This document shows, piece by piece, positions 1 through 9,942 of a stretch of DNA of 64,000 nt. Position 1 is the stretch's first letter, and each line of letters starts with the position of its first letter. The notes below the pieces were generated by a model. The model worked only from the letters and a program-made list of their open reading frames with translations. It had not been told where the DNA came from and made no database searches. This stretch comes from Nitrosopumilus sp. (GTDB lineage Archaea; Thermoproteota; Nitrososphaeria; Nitrososphaerales; Nitrosopumilaceae), in the NCBI GenBank assembly GCA_965205675.1, contig OZ242186.1, forward strand, positions 64,001 to 128,000, in the 5' to 3' direction. The translations under genes were made by a program, and so were the position numbers.

Positions 1-823
1 CAGAAAGAATCACCGTATAGAAGAAAAGAAGAGACTATCCAAAGCAAAGAGAAAAAGAAGTATCGGAGCTGGGCGAAAGTTTGATTTGAGTCTTGAAGAC
101 CAGCTTGTAATGTTGTTTGTTTACTATCGGATGTACCTGACATGTGAATTGACAGGATATCTGTTTGGATTAGACCAGAGCAACGTCTACAGAAACATCA
201 GATTTAGAGCCTGCAGTAAGAAAAACAGTTCCTATTCCTGCAAAACTATACTCTGATTCTAAAAAGATAAATGATGTACAGCAACTCCAACTGTTCTTTC
301 CTGAATTAATTGCAATGACTGATGGTACTGAACAACCAATCCCAAGACCCCAGAACAAAAAGAAAAGACTCACTATTCAGGCAAAAAGAAAAAACACACA
401 ATAAAAAACCAAATCACCATAAACCAGAAAGGTGAGATAATCCACAAACCCCCACATTCTCCAGGTAAAAAACATGATTATGCCATACTGAAAATCAGAC
501 ATCCAGAACTGCCCGAAGATGTGATGATATTTTATGACCTTGGGTATTTGGGAGTGGAAAAAGATTTCCCAGAACAGACAAGCATTCTACCATACAAGAA
601 AAAGAAAGGAAAAAAACTGACCATACATCAAAAGGAATGGAACAAGATGCAGTCAAGAATCCGAATAAAAGTAGAACATATTATCTCTCAAATCAAAAAG
701 TTTAGGATTAATTCTGAGACATTTAGGAATAGATTGTGCAGGTATGATGCAATAAGTGACATCGTATGTGGAATTGTAAATTTCAAGACAAGATGGAAGC
801 AAGAGTTTGTTGTGATTCCATAA
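1..823 (+). pseudogene. IS5/ISL2-like transposase with frameshifts near 205 and 368
   Basis: Motifs are spread over different frames; ORF 521..823 is only the C-terminal third. Confidence 0.8.
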
Positions 824-891
824 GATTAGAAATTATTTGAAATTAAATTCAATGAAAGATAAGATTTTGTTTGTAATTACGCAAGAGGTCT
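1..891 (+). mobile_element. IS5-family (ISL2-like, DDE_Tnp_4) insertion sequence, left part outside window; right TIR TAATTACGCAAGAGGTCT at 874-891
   Basis: Manual translation gives HTH part (GAGRKFDLSLEDQLVMLFVYYR...GYLFGLDQSNVYR), DGTEQPIPRP, HYSGKKKKHTIK, FYDLGYLG and RIKVEHIISQIKKF. The terminal 18 bp match the TIRs of the MITEs at 8593 and 23250. Confidence 0.85.
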
Positions 892-944
892 AATAAAGAT
901 TGAAACCAAAATTCTAGCACGAAAAAGAAGTGATTCGATTTTTT

Positions 945-1577
945 CTAATCAGATTTCCATTGCAATAAAGAATATATCATTTCAATAAAATCTGAAAACC
1001 CCGAGTTCTCAGTCCTACTTGATACTGAATCTGTTTTAATGACTTGGCATATGCCATCTATCAGTTTAGTACCATGCCCACACAAGGGTTGAAGTTCTGA
1101 ATCTACAGTAACAGGCTGTGTTTTAATGACTTGGCATATACCATCTATCAGTTTAGTACCATGCCCACACAAGGGTTGAAGTTCTGAATCTACAGTAACA
1201 GGCTGTGTTTTAATGACTTGGCATATACCATCTATCAGTTTAGTACCATGCCCACACAAGGGTTCATCAGAAACAGTTGTAGATGTTACAGCAGAAGACA
1301 GAGTTGTCGCATTAGCAGATGGTTGTTTTGCTATATCATGGCACAACACATTACCGCAAACTTTGGAACTGTTGATTTTGCCAGAGCCTCCATTAGATTT
1401 TCTCTCAGATGGTATATCTTCTGATGTTTGCTTGTAGGTTGCAGTATTTGTTTGGTCGTTTTGTTGAGAGTCAGGATGATTGGCAGTGTTATCTTGTGTC
1501 TGAGAATATGAAATATCTACAAATGGAATTGCAAGTACTAAAAACAACACAAAAACTAAATTATAACTGTAAATCAT
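945..1577 (-). CDS. Secreted Cys-repeat protein (signal peptide, KVCGNVLC motif, three PLCGHGTKLIDGICQVIKT repeats)
   Basis: Hydrophobic N-terminus and repeated CGxGT...DGxC modules. The start lies 2 bp after the stop of the upstream 1566-aa gene. Confidence 0.75.
   Translation of the reverse strand: MIYSYNLVFVLFLVLAIPFVDISYSQTQDNTANHPDSQQNDQTNTATYKQTSEDIPSERKSNGGSGKINSSKVCGNVLCHDIAKQPSANATTLSSAVTSTTVSDEPLCGHGTKLIDGICQVIKTQPVTVDSELQPLCGHGTKLIDGICQVIKTQPVTVDSELQPLCGHGTKLIDGICQVIKTDSVSSRTENSGFSDFIEMIYSLLQWKSD
1032..1264. repeat. 87-bp intragenic tandem repeat, about 2.7 near-identical copies (29-aa unit)
   Basis: TGTTTTAATGACTTGGCATA... starts at 1032, 1119 and 1206. Confidence 0.95.
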
Positions 1578-1578
1578 A

Positions 1579-4500
1579 TCAATTCTCAGTACATATTGTC
1601 TGGTATGAAATATTCTGAGATACAGAAATTCCAGAACTTAATAAATTATTTGCATACTTAAAATTCATTCTAGATGAAACATCAATAGAGTCACCAGATT
1701 CTAGATTTGTTGCTATATCCTTTCTTGTATCTAGATGCATCCAAGTATTATCAATATATACTTCAGTTAGAGGTACGGATATTGGAGAATCATTATCTAC
1801 TGAAAACATTCTAAGAGTATCTATTGTTTGAACACCAGTGTTTGTGATTGTTTGTTGCTTTGTATCCGTAAGTAACGAAAAGGCATCAGCATCACCATGG
1901 TCTATAGTTGAATACTGCAGGGATATCTGACAAGTGTCAATACTTTCAAATCCTCTATCTACATAATATGTGCCAGCTAGGTACCATCCTTCATCATTAA
2001 TACCGTACACTGCATAGCTTGCATCTGACAGATCTCCAAACTCATCTAATGATACATTACCCAATGCACCATTATTTCGTTGAACTACATCAGGAATATT
2101 ACTTGCAATATCGTCAACTGATGAGCTAATACCTGCTTGCTCCATTGCAAGACCTATTGCCCAGATACTATCATATGAAGAAAAAGCATAAACGCTTGGA
2201 ATATCATCTTGAAATCTCAAATCCAAAGCAGATTTTAATTCAACAAATCTGGTAGAAGTACGATCTGCATCAAATATACATGATCTAAAATTAACATCTG
2301 ACATAAAAGATCTGATCAGAGGATCATCAACAAGACTGGAGCTAAGCACATTGGAATCTGAGCCTGTCCAAGATACCTGCCGTAGTATGGGGTAATTCAT
2401 AGATTCTTGTATAATATCTTCCAAGTCAAATCCAACATACAAAATCGCAATCTCATCTGTACTGTATGGCGAGTTAGCAATAGTATTAGCTAAATCTGAT
2501 ACCAAACTAGGAAACTGTCCATCACATGTAATATCTGTACTATCAGAACACCCTGTATATTTTCTTTGATTATCAGAGTCAGTCATACCCCCAAGGGCTT
2601 CAAACTCAGCAGATGTAGTCTGTGCAAGTCCACTACCAAAAGTATTATCAATATACAATGGAATTAGCAATTTCTTGCCATCATTATACATCAGATTTGC
2701 AATGGCAATTCCATGTTTATCATCGCTAGGTGCCAATCTAAAAATATTATCCTCGATTTGCAAGGATTCTGCAGTAGAGCAACAACTAACCAAAGACAAA
2801 TCAGCATTTTGTGAATCAATCAAATCAGTTTTGATCTTAGTTAGGCCAGCAGAAATTGATGGACCAGAAATAAATGAAACTCCGTCATCATACAATGAAG
2901 TAGCAGCTTGTAAAGAAAAATCAGCATTGGTCTGAGAATCTCTAGTATCTATGGAAAGTCTCCATTGGGCATCTTTCCCTAACAAGTACTGGTTAAAATC
3001 AGATACGGCAGTCAATGTAGAATATTTCCTATGAGCTCCTGCATTGTCTTGTCTGCCTGTTTCTGGAATTATTGCACCAATGTTAACTATGGTTTTATCA
3101 ACTCTCTGCCACTTTCCATCAGATGCAACTCTAAAAGTTTGATAATCATTAGGCGTTCTCAAATCACCATTTACATCTAAAGAGTATGTTCCTAGTGCAC
3201 CGTCATACTGAACAATAGTATCTTTTAACAAAGCCCGTACTGACTCATAGTTGTTATTAGATTCAAGTAAATTCCCTAAAAGAAATACACTATCATATGC
3301 AGCATTTGAAAATGTTGTAAAAGTAATACCAAAGGATTCTAACTCATCTTGTAATTCAAGTGAGATAATATTTGATTCTGTACCAAATGAAACAGATGTA
3401 AGGTTTACTTGGTTTGCAAAATCATCATCGATTATAGTTATATCGTTTGCAAGATTACTACTGCCATACCAAGAGACATGATTTAGAATGCTGTCTGAAT
3501 CAACTTCATCAGACAAATCAATAAAGTTCTGGGCAGAGCCGATAAACAACAAGGCAACATCTGTATTATCTGAAAATGAATTTACTGAAGATTCTAAACT
3601 AGTTACTAAGTTCGTATAATCTGAATTATTAATAAAAGAATGGATATTTGCAACATCAGCATCAAAAAGACCGGCATAATCATTTCCCCAAATATCATCC
3701 AAATGAGCAATCACAAAAGATGTCTTTTGATCTTGTGATATGATATCCGATAATGCAACAGTCTCACTTAAAACATTTGGAATTAGACGATAGACATCAT
3801 CATCTAAAAGAGCAAGTGATATTGCACTAGAAACAGGGGAGACTAAGATTGAATCAGTAAGTTCTATAAAAGAGATAGCTTCTGCAACTGCAGAACTTGT
3901 CGTAGGACCTACAAAATATCTTGTAGGATTTTTAACGAAATAACCAGTTCCAAATATTAAATCATCAGTATCATGAGCGACAACCCAAGATCGATAAGTA
4001 TCAGATAAACCTGTAGAAAAATTCACCATGGAAAACTCAAGCCATGCACCTCCTGAATCTCGAAGTGATTTAATGTAATTGGTAATTGTAATGTTGCCAT
4101 TATTGGTAATCGTATTAGCAATATCCTCAGAGAGAGGTCCTACCATGGAAGGATCATAGCCATGAGATGCCATGTACAGATCCTCTGAAGCAGTAACATT
4201 AATCACAAAAGGATAAAACAATTCTGTGTTTTTATCAAAAGCACCAGTAATTCCTACAAACTTGTTACCATCAGAATTCATATCATATGTGGTAATGACA
4301 TCGTCAAGTATATCCATCAAATCATGTCCATACCCATCATCTCCAAGAGGCGGATAATAACCCGAACCAATAACCAGACCAGATTCTTCATGGTACACAA
4401 GCAAGGAGCGTTTTATATCACGTTGACCATCTGTATCAGGAATAACAAATTCATATTGATACCACATCTCATCAAATCCACCATCTGAACTTAGCATATT

Positions 4501-6279
4501 ATAGACTGAACTAAATTCTCTATCCGAATTCTCTATCAAATCACCAATGTGTTTTCCCTGCAAGTTTGCCTGGTCAAAACCGTGTTCTACAATTATACCG
4601 TCGCTATTTATCACAAAAGGATACAAAAGATCTCCTCCTATTTCGGGTAGATTGTTCCAATTACTAGAATCATTAGGTATTGCTGAAAATGGATTGTTCA
4701 TATCACTAGAATCATAGTTATTATCAATCACATCATCAATTACTTGTCGTAGCTCATCATGATAAAAGTCATCATATACACCATAGTGTACGGCATTTAA
4801 TGCAGGAAGCACACCATTAGTTATATCTATGGTAGTCAATTTAATGGCCACATCAGATGTTTCAAAGTTTCTGCTGGCAAGTGCAAAAGTTACTGCAAAA
4901 TCATCATCAAACAAAGGCGCATTGCCAAGATCAAGCAGTGCGTCAATATTTATAACATTTACAGGAGTGTCGTCAACAAAAGATATTACATATCTGCCAT
5001 CTGCATAATATGTACCAATTCTCTGCCAGGTATTATCTTCAATTCCAAATACTCCAAAATCAACTGATGTCAAATCCCCAAATTTATCAAGAGTAATATT
5101 CCCTAATGAACCATCATCATAATTATTTATTATATCTGTAAGATCTACTCCATCATAATCATAATTGGCACCACCTGCAGCATCTATAGCTAAGCCTATC
5201 ACCCAGATACTATCATATGCAGAGTAGACATATTTCAGTAGGATCTCATCTGAGAATGAAGATGTCAGTCTAGAGTTTAGTGATGCAAATCTATCAGTAT
5301 CTGATTCAAATTCAAATGTGTATGTTCTAAAGTTTGTATCAGTCAGAAATTCACTGATTTTAGAATCATCTACAAGTTCTGTTTTTAAAACATCAACATC
5401 AGAGCCAACCCATTGAACTAAACGTAACGCAGGATACTTTGATGCCTCTGATATAAAATCCTGTGAGTTGAAACCAACATAAAAAATAAAGATTTTGTCA
5501 GCTCCTACTGTTTTGATTTGTTGTATTACAATATCATTTAGATCAGAGATCAAAGATGGGAACTGATCATCACAAGTCGGGTTGGCATTTCCATAAACAT
5601 CACCATTTTTATCAGTACAATTACTATATGATAAAATTCCATTATAGTTAGTATGTGATACACTTAGCTCATCTGATGTTTGATATATGGCAGTACCATC
5701 TAACTCTTCAAACGCACTAATAGTACTAACAGATAATCCACGACCAAAAGAATCATCAACATGTACTGGAATCACCACAGTCTTGCCTTCAATATGCATT
5801 AAATTTGCAATTACTGATCCATGTTTTGCATGACTAGGAGCAAGACGAAAAATATTATCTGTTATGGCAAGCTCAGAAGATGTAGAATAATAACTGACTA
5901 GAGACAGGTTTGTATCGATATCATCAACAATTGGTTTTATTTCATTAATCGAGTCAGAATGTGCAGGACCTGAGATAAATTCAACGCCTCGATTTATCAA
6001 AGTCTCTGCATTAGTTAATGCTGTATCTGCCTCAGAATTTGTATCTTGTATATCTACTTCAAGACACCAATCTTTTTGGTTATCTACAAGATATTCATTA
6101 AAGTCATTAATTGCCTGTTGTATTGCATATGTTGTTTGTGAGCCAATAATGTTTTGTAACGAACCAGTTTGTGGCACTAGCGCACCAATTGTTACGGCAT
6201 TACATTGCTGAGCTGAAACTGAAGGTACAGATGTTATGAGAATCACTGTCATCAAAAATAATAATATATGAGATTTCAT
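1579..6279 (-). CDS. Large secreted protein: signal peptide, three type-1 periplasmic-binding (Venus-flytrap, LivJ-like) domains, two Cache-like domains inserted in the second, C-terminal beta-rich domain
   Basis: PBP1 motifs (TIGALVPQTG / NIGAIIPETG, FISGP, NIFRLAPS, AYDSIW, GALGNVSLDEFGDL) recur. YPFVIN...H...W..Y/F...GSGYY/GTGYF occurs twice, typical of sCache_2. Confidence 0.8.
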   Translation of the reverse strand: MKSHILLFLMTVILITSVPSVSAQQCNAVTIGALVPQTGSLQNIIGSQTTYAIQQAINDFNEYLVDNQKDWCLEVDIQDTNSEADTALTNAETLINRGVEFISGPAHSDSINEIKPIVDDIDTNLSLVSYYSTSSELAITDNIFRLAPSHAKHGSVIANLMHIEGKTVVIPVHVDDSFGRGLSVSTISAFEELDGTAIYQTSDELSVSHTNYNGILSYSNCTDKNGDVYGNANPTCDDQFPSLISDLNDIVIQQIKTVGADKIFIFYVGFNSQDFISEASKYPALRLVQWVGSDVDVLKTELVDDSKISEFLTDTNFRTYTFEFESDTDRFASLNSRLTSSFSDEILLKYVYSAYDSIWVIGLAIDAAGGANYDYDGVDLTDIINNYDDGSLGNITLDKFGDLTSVDFGVFGIEDNTWQRIGTYYADGRYVISFVDDTPVNVINIDALLDLGNAPLFDDDFAVTFALASRNFETSDVAIKLTTIDITNGVLPALNAVHYGVYDDFYHDELRQVIDDVIDNNYDSSDMNNPFSAIPNDSSNWNNLPEIGGDLLYPFVINSDGIIVEHGFDQANLQGKHIGDLIENSDREFSSVYNMLSSDGGFDEMWYQYEFVIPDTDGQRDIKRSLLVYHEESGLVIGSGYYPPLGDDGYGHDLMDILDDVITTYDMNSDGNKFVGITGAFDKNTELFYPFVINVTASEDLYMASHGYDPSMVGPLSEDIANTITNNGNITITNYIKSLRDSGGAWLEFSMVNFSTGLSDTYRSWVVAHDTDDLIFGTGYFVKNPTRYFVGPTTSSAVAEAISFIELTDSILVSPVSSAISLALLDDDVYRLIPNVLSETVALSDIISQDQKTSFVIAHLDDIWGNDYAGLFDADVANIHSFINNSDYTNLVTSLESSVNSFSDNTDVALLFIGSAQNFIDLSDEVDSDSILNHVSWYGSSNLANDITIIDDDFANQVNLTSVSFGTESNIISLELQDELESFGITFTTFSNAAYDSVFLLGNLLESNNNYESVRALLKDTIVQYDGALGTYSLDVNGDLRTPNDYQTFRVASDGKWQRVDKTIVNIGAIIPETGRQDNAGAHRKYSTLTAVSDFNQYLLGKDAQWRLSIDTRDSQTNADFSLQAATSLYDDGVSFISGPSISAGLTKIKTDLIDSQNADLSLVSCCSTAESLQIEDNIFRLAPSDDKHGIAIANLMYNDGKKLLIPLYIDNTFGSGLAQTTSAEFEALGGMTDSDNQRKYTGCSDSTDITCDGQFPSLVSDLANTIANSPYSTDEIAILYVGFDLEDIIQESMNYPILRQVSWTGSDSNVLSSSLVDDPLIRSFMSDVNFRSCIFDADRTSTRFVELKSALDLRFQDDIPSVYAFSSYDSIWAIGLAMEQAGISSSVDDIASNIPDVVQRNNGALGNVSLDEFGDLSDASYAVYGINDEGWYLAGTYYVDRGFESIDTCQISLQYSTIDHGDADAFSLLTDTKQQTITNTGVQTIDTLRMFSVDNDSPISVPLTEVYIDNTWMHLDTRKDIATNLESGDSIDVSSRMNFKYANNLLSSGISVSQNISYQTICTEN

Positions 6280-6349
6280 TGTTTAGATGTTAGGATATAA
6301 CAATAAATTCTTTTAGGGCTCTAACATCTTCAGTAGATGGGAAAGTAAC

Positions 6350-6651
6350 TCAAGTTACACATTCTAGAAAATAATTATTTTTGTTATTTCTAAAATAATG
6401 AATAATTATCTTTACAAAGAAATATTTGAGAATTTCAATTGATATTATTGGTTTGTGATTTTGTACATTAGTTTCTTCTGAGATAATCAAATTAGCAATT
6501 ATCCATGCATTGTACAAAATCAATGAATAGTAAAAATACAACAATCTTATGGATTGGTTTGAACTGGTGGTTTTTGGTCTGAACCTTCCCACACATGCAT
6601 AGCCTGTTTCAATCCCCCAACGTTTCTTGTAATCAGTTGGAATGTTTTGTA
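6350..6651 (-). pseudogene. ISH3 transposase C-terminal part
   Basis: Removing IS630 joins ISYNI to QNIPTDYKKRWGIETGY in frame. Confidence 0.85.
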
Positions 6652-7741
6652 TACCCCAGATCATAAGTCTTTTCAATTTATTGTTCTTGCAAAATACTGA
6701 TACATATTCAAATTGAATTTGTGCGTTCTAAAATATTCCATAACTGTATACCTCATTTCATGAATAGATTCATAAAATTCTGATTCAACATTAACATGTT
6801 TGCACTGTCTCCAAACCTCTTCAATCATACTCAAATGTGGAGAACCTCTTGGAAGATATGCCAGTTTAACATCTTTGTTTTTACGCAGATATTTTTTTAC
6901 ATCATTAGCTTTGTGTTGCGGTGCTCTATCGACGATAACAAATATTTTTCCAAATTTTCTACGAGCTGCTTCCAAATAATCTATAAATGCAATTGAATTA
7001 AATTTTTCATACGATCTAAAAAAACTTTGATTATCATCATTTCCATAAACCAAAAATCTTTGATGTGATCCTCTCCAATGCACAATTAATCTTTGGTGTG
7101 CATCTGTCCAGTATTTTTTGCCAAGACGTACATCGTCTACAAATACTGATTCGTCTTGGATAAATACTGTAAAACCTTTCTTTTTTGCCTTTTCTATGCG
7201 TGAAATGATGCGGTTTTTCCACTTGCGACATACATCCTTGGATGCGGCACGTACATGTAGTTTTTGTGGAACCTTTGGTTTTAGATTCCATTTATGCATC
7301 AAACGACGCACGTGAGTGATATGATATGTAATGCGTGTTCTGTAAAATATGAATTGTATCAGTTTTTTTGGAGTCATGCCGTCTGAAATTTTCTTAAATG
7401 TACGCTCTATTTTTTGTAATTTTTTGTGTGAAATTAATGGCGGACGGCCAGAACGAGGGAGATCCTCCAGGCCCTCCAATCCATATTTTTCAAATGAATC
7501 TAGCCAGTTCCTTACAGAGTTGTAGGTACAAAACATTTGGTTGGCAGTTTCAGCAATTGTGGATTCGTTGATTTTAATCTTACACATTGCATGCAGTCTT
7601 TCCTTTTTCTTACCGTACTTTTCTTTTTTGTAGGCCTGGAGTAACTCGTCATTTGTAATGTCCATGAAATTATTTCTAACTACTGATCAAAAAGTATTGC
7701 TATTTGTTTTGAAAAATTGCAAAGAATTATGCTCCAAGGTA
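6652..7741 (-). mobile_element. IS630-family element, 1090 bp, TA target duplication
   Basis: Imperfect 28-bp TIRs TACCCCAGATCATAAGTCTTTTCAATTT / TACCTTGGAGCATAATTCTTTGCAATTT. TA at 6650-6651 and 7742-7743. Confidence 0.9.
6673..7665 (-). CDS. IS630-family transposase, single open ORF
   Basis: HTH region, PRSGRP, DES, VDRAPQH, YLPRGSPHLSMIEEVW. Confidence 0.9.
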   Translation of the reverse strand: MDITNDELLQAYKKEKYGKKKERLHAMCKIKINESTIAETANQMFCTYNSVRNWLDSFEKYGLEGLEDLPRSGRPPLISHKKLQKIERTFKKISDGMTPKKLIQFIFYRTRITYHITHVRRLMHKWNLKPKVPQKLHVRAASKDVCRKWKNRIISRIEKAKKKGFTVFIQDESVFVDDVRLGKKYWTDAHQRLIVHWRGSHQRFLVYGNDDNQSFFRSYEKFNSIAFIDYLEAARRKFGKIFVIVDRAPQHKANDVKKYLRKNKDVKLAYLPRGSPHLSMIEEVWRQCKHVNVESEFYESIHEMRYTVMEYFRTHKFNLNMYQYFARTIN

Positions 7742-8592
7742 TATGTTATATGATATTTCTTTTGGTGAAATATTTGTTGCAAACACAACATACTGATCAA
7801 TAATATCTGATTTTTTTCTTGCATTTTTGTTTGGCAGAATAACTAGATTAAATGATTCTACATGTCCTGATGATGATTTTATTGTGTATGGCGAGATTGA
7901 CTTTCTATCTCCATTAACGTATTGTACAATTGCATCTTTGATTCGAGAATTCTTTTTTGCAGGCATTAGAAATTTCAGATTCTTTTGTTTTATTTCTGAA
8001 ATTGTTCCAGCTGTGAAAAACTCCCTATCCACTAGCAATAGTTTAATCTTGATTCCATTATTGATGCCATCAGAGAGTAATTTACGCACAAAATCGGCAT
8101 TTGATTTGTTGTCATACAAAGGATAACAACCTAATTGAGCCCTGATTCTTTTTTCAACGCACTGCATGGTGCAGTAACTCTCAAAATGAGTAGTACTGTT
8201 TTTAGATTTTGATTTTATTAAAGAATGGTTTGGCAATTTGTCATATCTTGGGATTAGATGTTTGTCAATTGCTACAGTAACTGGTTGTTCCAATACTCCC
8301 AATTCTTGTAATTTTGATACTGTACTATCTAGTGACTGATGTAATTGAATCTGCATTGTTTTTTGTGATATTTTTGATATGATTTTTCTCAACCATAAAC
8401 CAGTTGGAGAAGCATTATCTGATTCCATTGCCAGTCTCTTTAATCCAGATTCAGAATATGAATTTCCCAAACACAATGACATGACAGAATTGTGTGCATC
8501 TGCATTGTGGAACCGTGAGTTATTTTTACTAGAGCATGGAAACAATAAGATATTGTACATTATTTTAGTGATAATCTCAAATGCTTTAGATA
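7742..8592 (-). pseudogene. ISH3 transposase, central part (N-terminus lies beyond the MITE at about 8733-8778)
   Basis: ORF 7727..8560. Removing the MITE restores MHCTSFDTMTHQGVILSKAFEIITKIMYNILL in frame. Confidence 0.85.
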
Positions 8593-8732
8593 AGACCTCT
8601 TGCGTAATTATAGAGATTTTTTCTCAAATTTTGTATTTTAACAGAATTCATACCTGAAAATTCAAATTTTTCAACCAATTTGAAAAATCCTCCAGCAAAA
8701 TTCACGCCTAGAAATAATTACGCAAGACGTCT
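8593..8732. mobile_element. 140-bp MITE copy 1 (IS5/ISL2-type TIRs), 3-bp TSD ATA
   Basis: AGACCTCTTGCGTAATTA...TAATTACGCAAGACGTCT flanked by ATA at 8590-8592 and 8733-8735. Confidence 0.92.
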
Positions 8733-9042
8733 ATAGTATCACGCCTTGGTGTGTCATGGTATCAAATGAAGTACAATGCATATTTGATGGAGTGACATAC
8801 TTCCATCAAGCTTTTTCTATCTGAATAGATTGATTGAATAATTGATAGTTTTTGATCTAAATTGAGTTACTTTCCCATCTACTGAGATTCAAGCTTGATG
8901 TTGCAAATTATATCTTTAGAAATCCCGCAAAAATGTTCACGAACTTTTGATCGTCGCTATAGAAATCCTATTTTCTTGTGAAATTTCAATTCTTGTGACA
9001 AAAATAATTTTTTTAATTTGTTTTTTAATTAATTCAAATATT

Positions 9043-9942
9043 TTAATTAATTTCTATTTCTAACAGATCTTTTGCAGTTATTACTGAATCATGAATTTTT
9101 AGTGCTTCATTCAAATGTTCGATTTCATCTTTGTATCTTGCTGAAAAATGTGTTAAAATTAAATTTTTTACTTTAGCATTTTTACCTAAGGTTGCAGCTT
9201 GTTTAGCAGTAGAATGACACGTATCTTGTGCCCTTTGTTTTTCTTCCTCTAAAAATGTAGAATCAAATACAAGATAATCACAATTTTTAAAAAATTTTTC
9301 TAATTCTATGGTGGGCATCGTATCACCAGATATTCCTATTTTTTTACCTGGTCGCTTTTCTCCTAATACCTGATCTGGTTTTATTTTATTATTATCAACT
9401 ATAATTTCATTACCTTTTTGTAATTCACTCCATAGTTTACCTTTGGGAATTCCCAATTCTTTTGCTTTATCAAGATCAAATCTACCAGATTTATCTTTTT
9501 CTTCAAATAAATATGAAAATGCTGTAACTGAATGATTTGCTTTACAAACATGTATTGAAAATTTTTCATCTTCAAATACTTTACCCTCTTTGATCACTGT
9601 TATCAAAACCGAAAATGACAATCCAAAATTTAATACTTTAATGTTCGCTGCAATAAATTCCTCAATTCCACTTGGTCCAAAAATTTCTAATGTTTCAGTT
9701 CTATTTTGCATAGACATTGTTTGTAGTAATCCTAAAATTCCTACACAATGATCTCCATGTAGATGTGTAACAAACATTTTCATTTTTTTGTTCCACCCAA
9801 AACCTGATTTCATAAAAGATATTTGTGCTGCTTCACCTGCATCAAACATCAGGATCTCGCCATCTTTCTCTAAACAAATACATGACAGTCCCCTGTTTTC
9901 AGTTGGTTGAGCTGCTGATGTGCCCAGAAATACAAGTTTCAT
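9043..9942 (-). CDS. rnz: Ribonuclease Z
   Basis: FLGTS start, THLHGDH metallo-beta-lactamase motif, SGDT, HST, LTHFSARY. Confidence 0.95.
   Translation of the reverse strand: MKLVFLGTSAAQPTENRGLSCICLEKDGEILMFDAGEAAQISFMKSGFGWNKKMKMFVTHLHGDHCVGILGLLQTMSMQNRTETLEIFGPSGIEEFIAANIKVLNFGLSFSVLITVIKEGKVFEDEKFSIHVCKANHSVTAFSYLFEEKDKSGRFDLDKAKELGIPKGKLWSELQKGNEIIVDNNKIKPDQVLGEKRPGKKIGISGDTMPTIELEKFFKNCDYLVFDSTFLEEEKQRAQDTCHSTAKQAATLGKNAKVKNLILTHFSARYKDEIEHLNEALKIHDSVITAKDLLEIEIN

Larger units (their letters stand above)
6331..8884 (-). mobile_element. ISH3-family IS with perfect 23-bp TIRs, interrupted by IS630 and a MITE
   Basis: CAGTAGATGGGAAAGTAACTCAA at 6331-6353 and its reverse complement at 8862-8884. 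Transposase motifs VAIDKH, LLVDREFF, YKKRWGIETGY. Confidence 0.9.

Noticed and set aside
2675-3481. Short antisense ORFs (2675, 3251, and similar ones at 12515, 29948, 34339, 41114, 57461)
   Set aside because: Shadow frames opposite well-supported genes, with no motifs.
1-8884. Composite transposon carrying the PBP-Cache operon
   Set aside because: The flanking IS elements belong to different families with different TIRs and share no visible TSD.
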